From Octopus sinensis (Eukaryota), in NCBI RefSeq assembly GCF_006345805.1, contig NC_043024.1:10726001-10790000 (forward strand): DNA of 64,000 nt, given 5' to 3'. A program made the translations under genes and the position numbers. The first letter of the stretch is position 1. Every line of letters starts with the position of its first letter. Of the stretch, positions 27,574 through 41,600 are shown one piece after another. Under the pieces are notes generated by a model. That model ran no database searches. It saw nothing but the letters and a program-made list of their open reading frames with translations, and was not told the origin of the DNA.

Positions 27574-27608
<35 letters not shown>

Positions 27609-28259
27609 TGTTATTATTATCATCATTATTATTATTATCATTATTGTTGTTGTTGTTGTTGTTGTTGATGCTGATGGAGTGTTTCTTTTTACCGTTGTTC
27701 CAGCCATGACATCCACACAGACGTACCAATATCGAGCATAGATCTGAAATACGAAACCACGTGCGTCATCTTCCTTCTGACCATCATCCTCTTCATCCAC
27801 GCCAGGCAGGTGGAATCGACAGCACGGCTGGACAGCCTCTGGAAGTGGGAGGTAAGTGGCTTACAACTGGTGTGGGGTAGGGATGAGGTGATGCTGCACA
27901 GACATCATCATCATCATCATCATGGCTGTGTGGTAAGAAGCTTGCTTACCAACCACATGGTTCCGGGTTCAGTCCCACTGCGTGGCACCTTGGGCAAGTG
28001 TCTTCTACTATAGCCTTGGGCTGACCAAAGCCTTGTGAGTGGATTTGGTACATGGAAACTGAAAGAAGCCTGTCGTATATATGTATATATATGGGCACAG
28101 GAGTGGCTGTGTGGTAAGTAGCTTGCTTACCAACCACATGGTTCCGGGTTCAGTCCCACTGCGTGGCACCTTGGGCAAGTGTCTTCTTCTATGGCCTCTG
28201 GTTGACAAAAGCCTTGTGAGTGGAATTGGTAGACGGAAACTGAAAGAAGCCCGGCGTGT

Positions 28260-28301
<42 letters not shown>

Positions 28302-31300
28302 TATATACATAGGCATAGGAGTGGATGTGTGGTAAGTAGCTTGCTAACCAACCACATGGTTCCGGGTTCAGTCCCACTGCGTGGCACCTTGGGAAAGTGT
28401 CTTCTTCTATGGCCTCTGGTTGACAAAAGCCTTGTGAGTGAATCTGGTAGACAGAAACTGGAGGAAGCCCATCAAGTGACCATTAATGTAAATGTGAAAT
28501 CCCTGGTGATCTGGCTATGCCTAGTGATTAGGGAGTTTGCCTCCATTCTCAGTAATTAAGACTGCATTATTTAGTTCGGTGATGGGAGAATTATTGAGAA
28601 TGGATGAAGGTTTCCAGAATACAATTGAGAGACAGACAGACAGAATATAAGTTAAGGCAGCAAGCTGGCAGAAACGTTTGCACGCCGGGCGAAATGCTTA
28701 GCGGTATTTCGTTAGCTGCTACGTTCTGAGTTCAAATTCTGCCGAGGTCGACTTTGCCTTGCATCCTTTCGGGGTCGATAAATTAAGTACCAGTTACGCA
28801 CTGGGGTCGATGTAATCGACTTAATCCGTTTGTCTGCCCTCCTTGTTTGTCCTCTCTATGTTTAGCCCCTTGTGGGTAGTAAAGAAATAGGTATTTTATC
28901 TGCCGTGTTACATTCTGAGTTCAAATTCTGCCAAGGTCGACTTTGCCTTTCATCCTTTCAGGGTCGATTAAATAAGTACCAGTTACACACTGGGGTCGAT
29001 ATAATTGGCTTAATCCATTTGTCTGTCCTTGTTTGTCCCCTCTGTGTTTATCCCCTTGTGGGTAGTAAAGAAATAGGTATTTCGTCTGTCTTTACGTTCT
29101 GAGTTCAAATTCTGCCGAGTTCGACTTTGCCTTTCATCCTTTCAGGGTCAATTAAATAAGTACCAGTTACGCACTGGGGTCGATGTAATCGACTTAATCC
29201 CTTTTTCTGTCCTTGACTGTCCTCTCTGTGTTTAGCCCCTTGTAGGTAGTAAAGAAATAGGTATTTCGTCTGCCGTTACGTTCTTAGTTCAAATTCCGCC
29301 AAGGTCGACTTTGCCTTTCATCCTTTCGGGGTTGATTAAATAAGTACCAGTTACACACTGGGGTCGATATAATTGACTTAATCCATTTGTCTGCCCTCCT
29401 TGTTTGTCCCTTCTGTGTGTTGCCCCTTGTGGGCAGTAAAGAAATAAGAATATAAGTTCTAACCTTATGATCTTGTAAAACATTTTAAAAATTGGGATTT
29501 TTTTGTTGCTGTTGTTCTAATTGCAGGCTATCGATGAAATGGAACAGATGCAGAATATGAAGGCCTACAACCTCAAGCTGGTCACCAATATCTTACCTTT
29601 AAACGTTGCAGAGCATTTCCTGAAGAGCCAACTGAAAAAGGATGAGGTAAAACACACACACACACACACACACGCAAAGATATACATACACATAGTCATG
29701 CACACACAAACATATACACACTCACACGTGCATACATATAGATGCGTACAGGTGTATGTGTTGATTTATGGGTATATAATTAACTAGCGCTGCGTCGGTT
29801 ACGACGATGAGGGTCCCAGTAGATCCAATCACTACAACAGCCTCTTTCCTGTGGTTTGTAGCCGTGCTTGTCTTGTCTTGAGACAGCATCCACCTGGGGT
29901 GGGTTGCGCTGGCTTCATTCATTGTCAATGCTGCATCTCTTACAAACGCCAACCAGACCTGGAAATTTGAGGTTAACGACCGCGTGATCTCCAACCACTC
30001 CTTATTCCAGCGGTGAATGCCGTAGACATGGGGGCCTAGGTTGGGTTCCAGATCAGCCTTGACTGTCATCAGCCAGGTTTTTCGTTGTCTACCACATCGC
30101 TTTCGCCAACCCTGAAGGGGAGCTGGGGCAATTGCTTCGTTAGATGAATTCTCCTGGTTGACGACGGAGGGCATGACCCAGCCAACACAAACGTCTCATG
30201 CTTGGATGTAAAGAGTGTAGGAATTGCATGTTGTCCAGTGAGTGGCAACTCCACCCATTCAGTGAAACTTGTGCAGCAGTTTTCGACCAAACGGAACATT
30301 CCCCAGGTCCGATGACCACCACATTCCCCAGACCTTGCCCCTTGGGACATTTTACTCCTTCCAAAAATCAAATACCACAAATGCCACTCACTGGACGCCT
30401 GCAACAAACCACACTCTACACCCTTCTCTTCCAAGCACTGCCACAAACCATGGAAGAGAGAGAGAGAGAGAGAACATTATGACTCAATGTGTAACAGAGT
30501 TCAAGTCCCGTCTGTGCCAAGTTGCTTCACTTTGCATTCTTTAGCTCCATTACCATAGCAACAGTCCTGATATTTTGGCGGGGGTTTTGTACCTGATTTT
30601 CGCACATTTTGTGGTCTAAGGGGGATAACTGAAGGTGATGAAATAAGGTGCTTCTTTTTGAAAAACGTAACACTATTTTAAATTTTGTCTTCAGAATTTC
30701 CAGAATTTCTAATTCAACTTGCTTGAGTTTAGCCTTGCAAAGTGGCCAGAGTAAGGATTATACAAGGGTGGTGACCTTGCTGTTTACAGTGCTCAGGTGC
30801 ACTACAGTTCGACAGAAAAGCTTAAGGCGGTGAGCTGGCAGAAGCGTTAGCACGCCGGGCAAAATGCTTGGCAGTATTTCGTCTGTCCTTACGTTCTGAG
30901 TTCAAATTCCACCAAGATCGACTTTGTCTTTTATCCTTTCAGGGTTGTCTGTTCTTGTTTGTTCCCTCTGTGTGTAGCCCCTTGTGGGTTAGTAAAGAAA
31001 AAAAAAATAAGAAAAGCTTGAGAGAGGGGACAGAGTGCAAACATAAACCAAGCAATGAAAGCTAGAAGTTCCCAACGGGGGGGAAAGTCCAAAATGCTGC
31101 AACTTCTGATAACAAAAAACGATGTCTCTCTCTCCAAGTGAGGGGCAGATTGTTATCGTGTTGGGTCAAAAGTTTTGCAATATTTTGCTAACTTATTTCC
31201 TTTACTCTTTTACTTGTTTCAGTCATTTGACTGTGGCCATGCTGGAGCAAATCGACCCCAGGACTTATTCTTTGTAAGCCTAGTACTCTTTCTATCAGCC

Positions 31301-34201
31301 TCTTTTTGCCGAACCACTAAGTTACAGTGATGTAAACACACCAGCATCGGTTGTCAAGCGATGCTGGGGAGACAAACACAGACACACAAACATATACACA
31401 CAAATATATATATACATATATATACGACGGGCTTCTTTCAGTTTCTGTCTTCCTAATCCACTCACAAGGCTTTGATCGGCCCAAGGCTATAGTAGAAGAC
31501 ACTTGCCCAAGGTGCCACGCACAGAGACATTAGTTTTTATTTTTATACAATTTTGTCCCAAACATTGTAGCATAAAAGATTACAAAGAAGGAAAAGTTAA
31601 GTTAATTTTTTGGCTCAAAAAGCAAAAAGCAAGGCCATGTAGGGGGACATGGAGTTATGTGCAGGGAGGGTGTTCATGCAAAGAGTTCAGGCTATTTCTG
31701 GTCAAGAGAGTCTTTGAACCAAGCGGTCATCGGTATCTTCACTATCTCATGCAGCAGCTTATTCCACAGATCCACAACCCGGACGGAGAAAGCCCCTCTC
31801 CTTCGATTGAAAGGGCCTACAAGTTCAAAAGATGTTTTATTGGGAGAAAGCTTAAAGGATTACATATGATGGTCTAGAAAAAAAACAAGACGTTGGTAGC
31901 GAGTTTCTGAGAACAGCAGTTTGAAGAAGGATCCTATTCGAATAAAAAGAGTTATGACTAACAGAAAGCTGAAAAGAGAAACAATGTGCCTGGGAAGAGA
32001 AGCGTCTGACAAGTTAAAAAGTATTGACAAAAGGTATTAAAGCAGAAAGTTTATCAGAACAAAGACCATGGGGGGAAAACAAAACAATGAAAATTATTTC
32101 AAGAATGGGCCGAAGAGTAAAGTCTAGATGAAGGAAGAGGATCCATCATGTTAGCAAATGGATTCTGAATTAAAAAAAGAAAAGCCATTAGTAATGAGTT
32201 CTTGAGAGCAGCAATTCAAGGAAAGGAGCTATTACAATAAAAGGACTTCTGATTGGCAAGAAACTCAACAAAGAATTGATGAACCTGGGAAGAGAAGCTG
32301 GTGACATGTTTAAAGGTGTTGACAGAATGTACAAGATCAGAAAGATCAGAGCAATGACCACAGAAATACTTTTAGTGAAGACAAAATGGAGATATATTTC
32401 AATGATAAGCCAAATATTCCAGCCCAGTAAAAAGAAGAGATCCCACTATGTAAACGATTCAATTGTGAATTTGATGAAGCAAATTAAGAGAAAGAACCAG
32501 ATAAGCTCTGGGGTCGATGTAATCCACTCAGAAACCCTCCTCAGAAATTGCTGGCCTTGTGCCAAAATTTAAAACCAATATTTAATGCAAAGTCAAATGT
32601 TGGTCTTATAGAAAAACAGGACACTCTCAGGTGACTGGTCAGTTAGCTTACGAAACCCACCAGAATGATTTTAAAAAAGAATTGAGCTGACTTCAATCAG
32701 TGGTGGTGGTGGTGGCGGCAGTGGTGGTAGTGGCGGCGGCGGCGGCGGCGGTGGTGGTGGTGGTGGTGGTGGTGGTGGTGTTTGTGGTGGAGGAGGAGGA
32801 AGGGGTGGTGGTGGTTTTAATGAATTCATTAAAGAACTCGCTGTTAATTAACCAATTGACGATATAAATTGTCGCTGCTGGATTAGTAAATGTTTACAAA
32901 TCTAATCCTGCCAAGATTAGTTTACGTTAATTAGAGAAGAAACGAAGAAAGAGAGCAACGACAACACCAGGTTCCAGTACATGGTGGTGGTGGTGGTGGT
33001 GATGATGAGGTGATGGTGGCGGAGGACGAGGAGGAAGAAGTATTGGTGTTGGTGGTGGTGGGGGGTGATGATGATGTTGGTGGAGGAGGAAGTGTTGGTG
33101 GTGTAATAGTGGTGGTGGCGGTGGTGGTGGTGATGATGATGAGGTGATGGTGGCAGAGGAGGAAGTGTTGGTGGTGGTGGTGCTGATGATGATGATGGGG
33201 TGATGGTGGTGGTGGTGGTGGTGGTAATGTAATAGTGGTGGTGGAGGTGATGGCAGTTGCTGCAGTGGTAGTGGTGGTGGCGGTTTGTAGTGGTGGTGAT
33301 GAGGTGGTGGTGGTGGTGGAGGTGATGGAATTTGCAGCAGTGGTGGTGGTGGTGTGGTGGTTAGGGCATCATTGCTCGTGATTGCAGTAGCACTGTTGGT
33401 TATGCATAGTGATGATGGTGGTGGCGGTGGTGGTGGTGGTGGTGGTGGTGGTAGTAATGGTGGTGGTGGTGGTGGTGGAAGGATGTTAGAAGAACTCGGT
33501 CGTTTGAGGACAGGAAATATGCGACTTGCAAGAGGTCGGGGGGCGTGGCAGGAGACAAGGAGGGCCGAATGGTGCGGAGGGCATGCCAGGATCTGGAGCA
33601 ATTTCAACCCCTGCCATCTCACCTCAACCCCTGCCCATCAAAAAGCCAGGGATTAAATGCTGATTAACAGTTGGTTAATGACTATGTAATTAGTAACTCT
33701 ATGAGAGGTGGTGGCAAGGTAGGAATACACACAAGCGTCAATAAGTGTGTGTATACTTTTCTGTGTGTGTATATATATCTGCTTATACATACATACTTAA
33801 ATACATAGACACATTAATAGATACGTGTATGTATGTATATGCGCTTATATAATTATTAGCATACTATGCACTTTTATAGTTATACATGCATGCATGAGTG
33901 TGTGTGTTGTTTATACATATATATACTACATACATATTATTATATATATATATATATATACATATATATATACATATAATATAATATATCAATATATATA
34001 CACATATATATATATATACCTATATATATACATATTATTATAATATACATATATAGATACATATATATATATATACATATATATATACATATATATAATA
34101 TATACATATATATATAATATTATATATATATACATATAATATCATAATATTATAGTATACTTATATATTACATATATATATACTATATATATACATATTA
34201 A

Positions 34202-34234
<33 letters not shown>

Positions 34235-34999
34235 ACATATTATATACAGATATATATATATAATATAATATATATATACATATATATATATATAGATACA
34301 TATATATATACATATATATATCTATAGACATATATATATACATATATATATATATATACCATATAATATATACATATATATATATATATACATATATTAT
34401 ATATATATACATATATATATACATATATATATATATATACATATATATATACTATATATATATATAACATATATATATACATATATATATATAGACATAT
34501 ATATATCATATATATATATATATATACATATATATATAATATATACTATATATATATATACATATATATTATACAATATATATATATATACATATATATA
34601 TACATATAATATATATATTACATATATATACTATATATATATTACATATAGATATACTAGATATATATATATACATATATATATACATATATATATATAT
34701 ATAGACATATATATATACATATATATATATACTAGACATATATATATACAGATATATATTATATACATAATATATATATAATATATATATATGATACATA
34801 TATATATATACATATATATAACATATATATATATATATATACATATATATAGAAAATAGTAAAAGTGAAAAAATCCAGAAGGCTTGTTTTAAAAGGTTAA
34901 AAAATATATTTGAGTCAATATGTCTGAAGAATGTTATAAATTTTTTTCATACAATGACATAGTTCAACCACGTGCTTTCACACACCAACTTTCTCACCT

Positions 35000-35038
<39 letters not shown>

Positions 35039-35294
35039 CATACATACATACGTATATAGGCATATTATATATACATGTATATCTATGTATATGCAGGTAT
35101 ATGTGCATAAAACAGATATGGTGTGGCTGTGCAGTAAGAAGCTTGCTTCCCAACCACATGGTTCCGGGTTCAGTCCCACTTTGTGGCACCTTGGCCGAAT
35201 GTCATCTGCAATAGTCTCAGGCTGACCAAACTGACCAAAGCCTTGTGAATGGACTTGTAGGACAGAAAGTGAAAGAAACCCATCACATATATAC

Positions 35295-35333
<39 letters not shown>

Positions 35334-35440
35334 TGTGTGTGTCTATGTATGTGTGTATAAGTGTGTATGTATGATGCATATATATTTATATTATTATATA
35401 TATATATATATATATACATATAATATATATATATATATAT

Positions 35441-35476
<36 letters not shown>

Positions 35477-36455
35477 CAAATTTGTTGTTGCAAATGCACC
35501 TAAATTTGAAAATTTTGTAATTGTTTTAAAATAATTTATTTACGTACATACCAAACAATTCCAACAATATTTTTTTGTTTATCAATGGTAAATATTTAGA
35601 ATTATAAATTCGGAAAACGTGTTTAAAACGTTATTTATATTATTTACATTCGACGGATATTTGTCCTCATCTTGTTTGTTGTTAACACAACGTTTCGGCT
35701 GATATACCATTGAGACGTCATCAGGTGTCTTTTCCCCGAAGGCTGGAGGGTATATCAGCCGAAACGATGTGTTAACAACAAACAAGTCAAGGACAAATAT
35801 CCATCAAATGTAAATAATTTAAATAATGTACATAATTTCTCATCTCTTAAATATAGAACTGTATATGTTTAAAAGTTTCAATGTTGTCAACATTCAAACT
35901 TTTAAACATGTTTTTCTAATTCATAATTCTATATTTTTACCATTAATAAACAAAAAATATTGTTGAAACTAGTTTGCTATATATGTAAATAAATTCATTT
36001 TAAAACAATTACAAGTTTTTCAAATTTCGGTGCATTTTAACAACAAATTTGCCTATATTTTTTTCCTGCGTGGAAATACACCCCTTCTTTTGTTACATAC
36101 GTACAAACATACATACATACATACATAATGATAATATGAGGGAATATTATTCCAAACTTTCAGGGAAAAATTCCATTTAGAAATATTAAATCAAATTTCA
36201 AAAAATATAATATATACATATAAATTAGAAAAAAAACCCCCACCTTTTATCAATTCAACAATGAAAAAATTAAATTATACCATATAGAAAAAAATTACAT
36301 TACTTAATCTTTGATATATGTTTTTATCTTATATTAAATTTTTCTATAGGATGTAATTTTTTTCTATTTGGTATAAAAGGTGTTTTTTTCTAATTTATTT
36401 ATTTTTCTATAGGATGTAATTTTTTTCTATTTGGTATAAAAGGTGTTTTTTTCTA

Positions 36456-36500
<45 letters not shown>

Positions 36501-36862
36501 ATCTACATATAGTCTTAACATATACATACATATCTATATAACTCCTTTCAGGACCTCTACTACCAAGACTGTGACAATGCCTGCGTTATGTTCGCTTCCA
36601 TCTCAAACTTCTCAGAGTTCTACATGGAATTGGTCGGCAACAATGAAGGAGCCGAATGTCTCCGGCTGCTTAATGAGATCATTGCAGACTTTGATGAGGT
36701 AAGAAGGAATTATGACTGTCTATATAGGATAATATAATATAATAATAATAATAACAATAATCCTACGATGGAATTTATAAACATTTAAGGCATTGCTACG
36801 CATGTTTCCACATATCACAATGACTTTCAGAACCAGACTACGTATTCCTGAGATGATTACAG

Positions 36863-36893
<31 letters not shown>

Positions 36894-37276
36894 GGAGAGT
36901 TTACGAAAAAAACAAAAGACGCAGACAGGTGGTGTAGAAAACAAACATGTATTAGTATAACACTCAGGAATAGAAAAAGTCTTTTATGTTTCGAGCCTAC
37001 GCTCTTTACAGAAAGGGACACAGAAAAAAACAAGGAGAGAAAAAAAGGAAAGAAAAATGTGTGTAGTGGCTAATGATCTATATCTATATATTGCAATCGG
37101 ATATGTCAATCCCACATCAACCTTATCAGCCACAAATGAGCGTGCAAACGACATGGACAACAGCCTTCCTAATCTTCGTCAGCAAAGCCAAACCAAGAAG
37201 TGAAGATATATATATATATATACATGCATACATTCATTCACATATATACACATACATACATTCATACATACATGCA

Positions 37277-37350
<74 letters not shown>

Positions 37351-37692
37351 CATACCGCGTGTGTATCGTTGGCAATTTTCTTTCTCCGTTTTCCCTTCTT
37401 TGGACTTTTTCTATGTTTCTGATGAAGAGCTCTGCTCGAAACATAAATCCTCTTTCTTTTCTTTACTTTCCTGAGCGTCCAATAACACAAAAAAACAAAA
37501 GACGAAGTGGGTGTGTAAACAACAAACGGATGTATTAGTTTAATGCTCAGGAATATGAGAAAGTCTTTCACGTTTCGAGCCTATGCTCTTCGACAGAAAG
37601 GAACACAGAAATAAATAGGGAGAGAAAATAGAAAAAGCTTTAGTGGCTAGCGATCTATCTGCATATATACATATGTACATATTGTATTATAG

Positions 37693-37732
<40 letters not shown>

Positions 37733-38599
37733 CATACATATATATACACGCAGACACGCACACATATGTATATATAGGTGTGTCTGTGTGACAGTGGTGT
37801 GTCTTTGTGACAAAGATGTGTCTTTGTATCTTTGTGACAAAGGTGTGTCTTTGTGGCAGAGGTGTGTTTGTGTTGCAGGGGTATGTCTTCATGGTAGAGG
37901 TGTGTCTGCATGACTAAGGTGAGTAATTGTGGAAGAGCTGTGTCCGTGTGACAAAGGTGTGTCCCTGTGGCAGAGGTGTGTGTTAGTATGAGAGGGGGGT
38001 GTGATGTGTGTTTGTATGAGGGAGTTGTTTTATTGTTTTTGTTCTTGCTTTTTGCTGTTGTTGTTGCTGCTGCTGTTGTGTTGTTGTTGTTACTACTCCC
38101 TCTCCCACAAAACTCCACCCCCACACCCCCATTACCTCCACACTTCCACTCTCACCCTCCTCCATTCTCTCCTCCTCTCTCTTCCAGATTCTCGAAGAAC
38201 AGCAGTTCTCTTGCATCCAGAAGATCAAGACCATTGGTTACACCTACATGGCAGCATCCGGCTTGGACACGGAAGAGAACTTCCCAGACTCCAAACACAT
38301 TGTGGCATTGGTAGAATATGCCTTCTACATCCAACGACAGCTGAAAACCATCAACCAGCATTCCTTCAACAACTTCAAAATGAGAATTGGTGAAGAATTC
38401 TATTTCGGTTTTGCTGTTTTTTTTGCTGTTTCTGTTGTTCTTGAATGAATTTATTCCATCTTCAACTGGTTTTTCTGGGTTTTCTTCTTAACCTTGATTT
38501 TTTAAAAATTTTATTTTAATTTTGTGTAATTCAGTCTCTTTTTTATTACCATCGTCATCATTGTCACCTCTTCCTTCTCTTTCTCTCACTCTTTCTCTA

Positions 38600-38646
<47 letters not shown>

Positions 38647-38654
38647 TTCTCTCA

Positions 38655-38692
<38 letters not shown>

Positions 38693-41600
38693 GACAGGTA
38701 ACCATGTACCTCCGCTATAGCAAGACACCTATTTATGCCCCTCTATCTCTCTGTCACACTCGAAACATTCATCATCTGACACAAGATACTTTCCTTCAAT
38801 GCCCACCTCTCCACTCAAAGGTTCCTTGTCTTGCAAAGTTACTTGGTGACCCTGGCAGTGCTGGTGCCACATAAAAAGCATCCAGTTCACATTGTAACAT
38901 GGTTGGCATTTGGAAGGGCATCCACCTGTAGAAATCATTCCAAAACTAACCTCACCTGTGCTAGTGCCATTGTAAAAAGCACTGAGTCCACTCTGCTGAG
39001 TGGTTGGTGTCAAGAAGGGCATCCAGCTGTAAAATCCTTGCCAAAATGGATGCAGTAGCCTTAGGTAGTTTTTCTACCTGGTCAGCTTCTGTCAACTGTC
39101 TTACCCATGCATGCATGAAAAAAGGATGTTAAACGATGATGATGATAACAAAGATGATGTATATATGTCCTGAGTATATACACATATTTTTTGTTTTTAA
39201 TTTTTCGTAAACAACTTGCAGATGCAAGTGCTACCAATTCAAAGCTCTGCAATACTGAATTCTAGCAAGCTTAAGGGGTCATCAGGAGAGAATGCACACC
39301 TCTTGACAGCATCATTGCACTCTGACCTCCCTCACTGGGATGAGGCTCTGCTTGCTAAATCAACTGATTTAATCCAATATTACAGTTCTATGTATGTATG
39401 TATGCGTGTCGGTATGTATATGAGAAGGCGGTGAGCTGGCAGAATCGTTAGCATGACAGGCGAAATGCTTAGCGGTATTTCGTCTGCCGTTACGTTGCGA
39501 GTTTAAATTCCACCGAGGTCGACTTTGTCTTGCATCCTTTTGGGGTCAATAAATTAAGTACCAGTTGCACACTGGGGTCGATATAATCGACTTAATACCT
39601 ATGTCTGTCCTTGTTTGTCCCCTCTGTGTTTAGCCCCTTGTGAGTAGTAAAGAAATAGGAATTTCGTCTGCCGTTACATTCTGAGTTCAAATTCTGCCGA
39701 GGTCGACTTTGCCTTTCATCCTTTCAGGGTCGATAAATTAAGTACCAGTTGCGCACTGGGGTCAATGTAATCGACTTAATCCGTTTGTCTGCCTTCCTTG
39801 TTTGTCCCCTCGGTGTTTAGCCCCTTGTGGGTAGTAAAGAAATATGTATGTATATGAGTTGTACCCTCTAATTTCAGGAATGAATATGGGTCCAGTGGTC
39901 GCCGGTGTGATAGGGGCCAGAAAACCTCATTACGACATCTGGGGTAACACAGTCAATGTTGCCAGCCGAATGGACAGCACTGGTATGCCCGACTCTATAC
40001 AGGTAAGCAAACTGTCTCATCATAATGTATCAGGTAATTTAGAATGGAATGTCTGATTTTCTTTTGCACCAAGTTTGATAGTCGTTACCTCTAATGTTTT
40101 ATCCTGACAATTCTTTGTTTTGCAACAATGAAGGGTTACATCATCACTTTTCGAAATGCAATTAATGGTGTCTGATTATATTATGAATATCCTTTTTTAA
40201 ATCAATTTTTGTGAACCCATGGATAGATCAAAAATTCTTATAGACGCAGGAGTGGCTGTGTGGTAAGTAGTTTGCTTACCAACCACATGGTTCCGGGTTC
40301 AGTCCCACTGCGTGGCATCTTGGGCAAGTGTCTTCTGCTATGGCCCCGGGCCAACAATGCCTTGTGAGCGGATTTGGTAGACGGAAACTGAAAGAAGCCT
40401 GTCGTATATATGTATATGTATGTGTGTGTGTGTGTCTGTGTTTGTCCCCCTAGCAATGCTTGACAACCAATGATGGTGTGTTTATGTCCCTGTTACTTAG
40501 CAGTTCGGCAAAAGAGACCGATAGAATAAGTACTGGGCTTACAAAGAATAAGTCCCGGGGTTGATTTGCTCGACTAAAGGTGGTGCTCCAACATGGCCGC
40601 AGTCAAATGACTGACACAAGTAAAAGAGTAAAAGAGTAAAGAGTATTGTTTATGTGCTGGTGGCATGCGATAAGCACCATTCACTCATTTGTGGGTTCCT
40701 ACCAGAGCCACCTGACTGGTATCCTGTACAGGTGGCATGTAAAAAGCACCATCCGAACATGGTCGATACCAGTCACCCCACCACAACCGGCTTCTGTGCC
40801 GGTGGCACGTAAAAATCACCATCCAAACGTGGCCAATGCCAGTGCTGCCTGACTGGCTCTCATGCTGGTGGCATGTAAAAAGCACCCGCTACACTCTCGG
40901 AGTGGTTGGCAATAGGAAGGACATCCAGTGTAGAAACATTGCCAGATTAGATTGGAGCCTGGTGCGGCATTCTGGCCTGCCAATCTCCAGTCCAACCATC
41001 CAACCCATGCTAGCATAGAAAACAAACGTTAAACGATGATGATGATGATGATGGACCCTCAAGGGCCATATCAATGCCAGCTGAAAACCACTGCTCTAGA
41101 AAAAGACATTTGCCCAAGGTGCCACACACTAGGACTGAACTCAAACCCATATGTTTGTGAAGTAAACTTCTTAACCACACAGCCACCCCAGTCTGTCTTT
41201 TCTGTCTTCTACATGGTCAGCTCCTGTCAAGCCATCCAACCCATGCCAGCATGGAAAGAGAATGTTAAACGATGACGCTGATGATGACAAAGATGATGTC
41301 TGTATGTCCTGAGTATATATACTCTTTTACTTGTTTCAGTCATTTGACTGTGGCCATGCTGGAGCACCGCCTATAGTTAAGAAAATCAACCCCAGGACTT
41401 ATTCTTTGGAAGCCTAGTACTTATTCTATCGGTCTCTTTTGCTGAACCGCTAAGTTACGGGGAAGTAAACACAGCAGCGTCGGTTGTCGAGCGATGTTGG
41501 GGGGGTGACAAACACAGACACACAAACATACACACACACACACACACACACACATATGTTTGTGAAGTAAACTTATTAACCACACAGCCACCCCAGTCTG

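Noticed and set aside
28704-29447. Regularly spaced repeats resembling a CRISPR array
   Set aside because: Units are whole ~186-bp SINE bodies with no unique spacers; eukaryotic context, no cas genes.
38390-38448. In-frame read-through past the weak gtgaag donor, giving a hydrophobic tail ([19 protein letters not shown])
   Set aside because: Explained by T-rich intron sequence; the product would lack catalytic residues and there is no evidence for retention.
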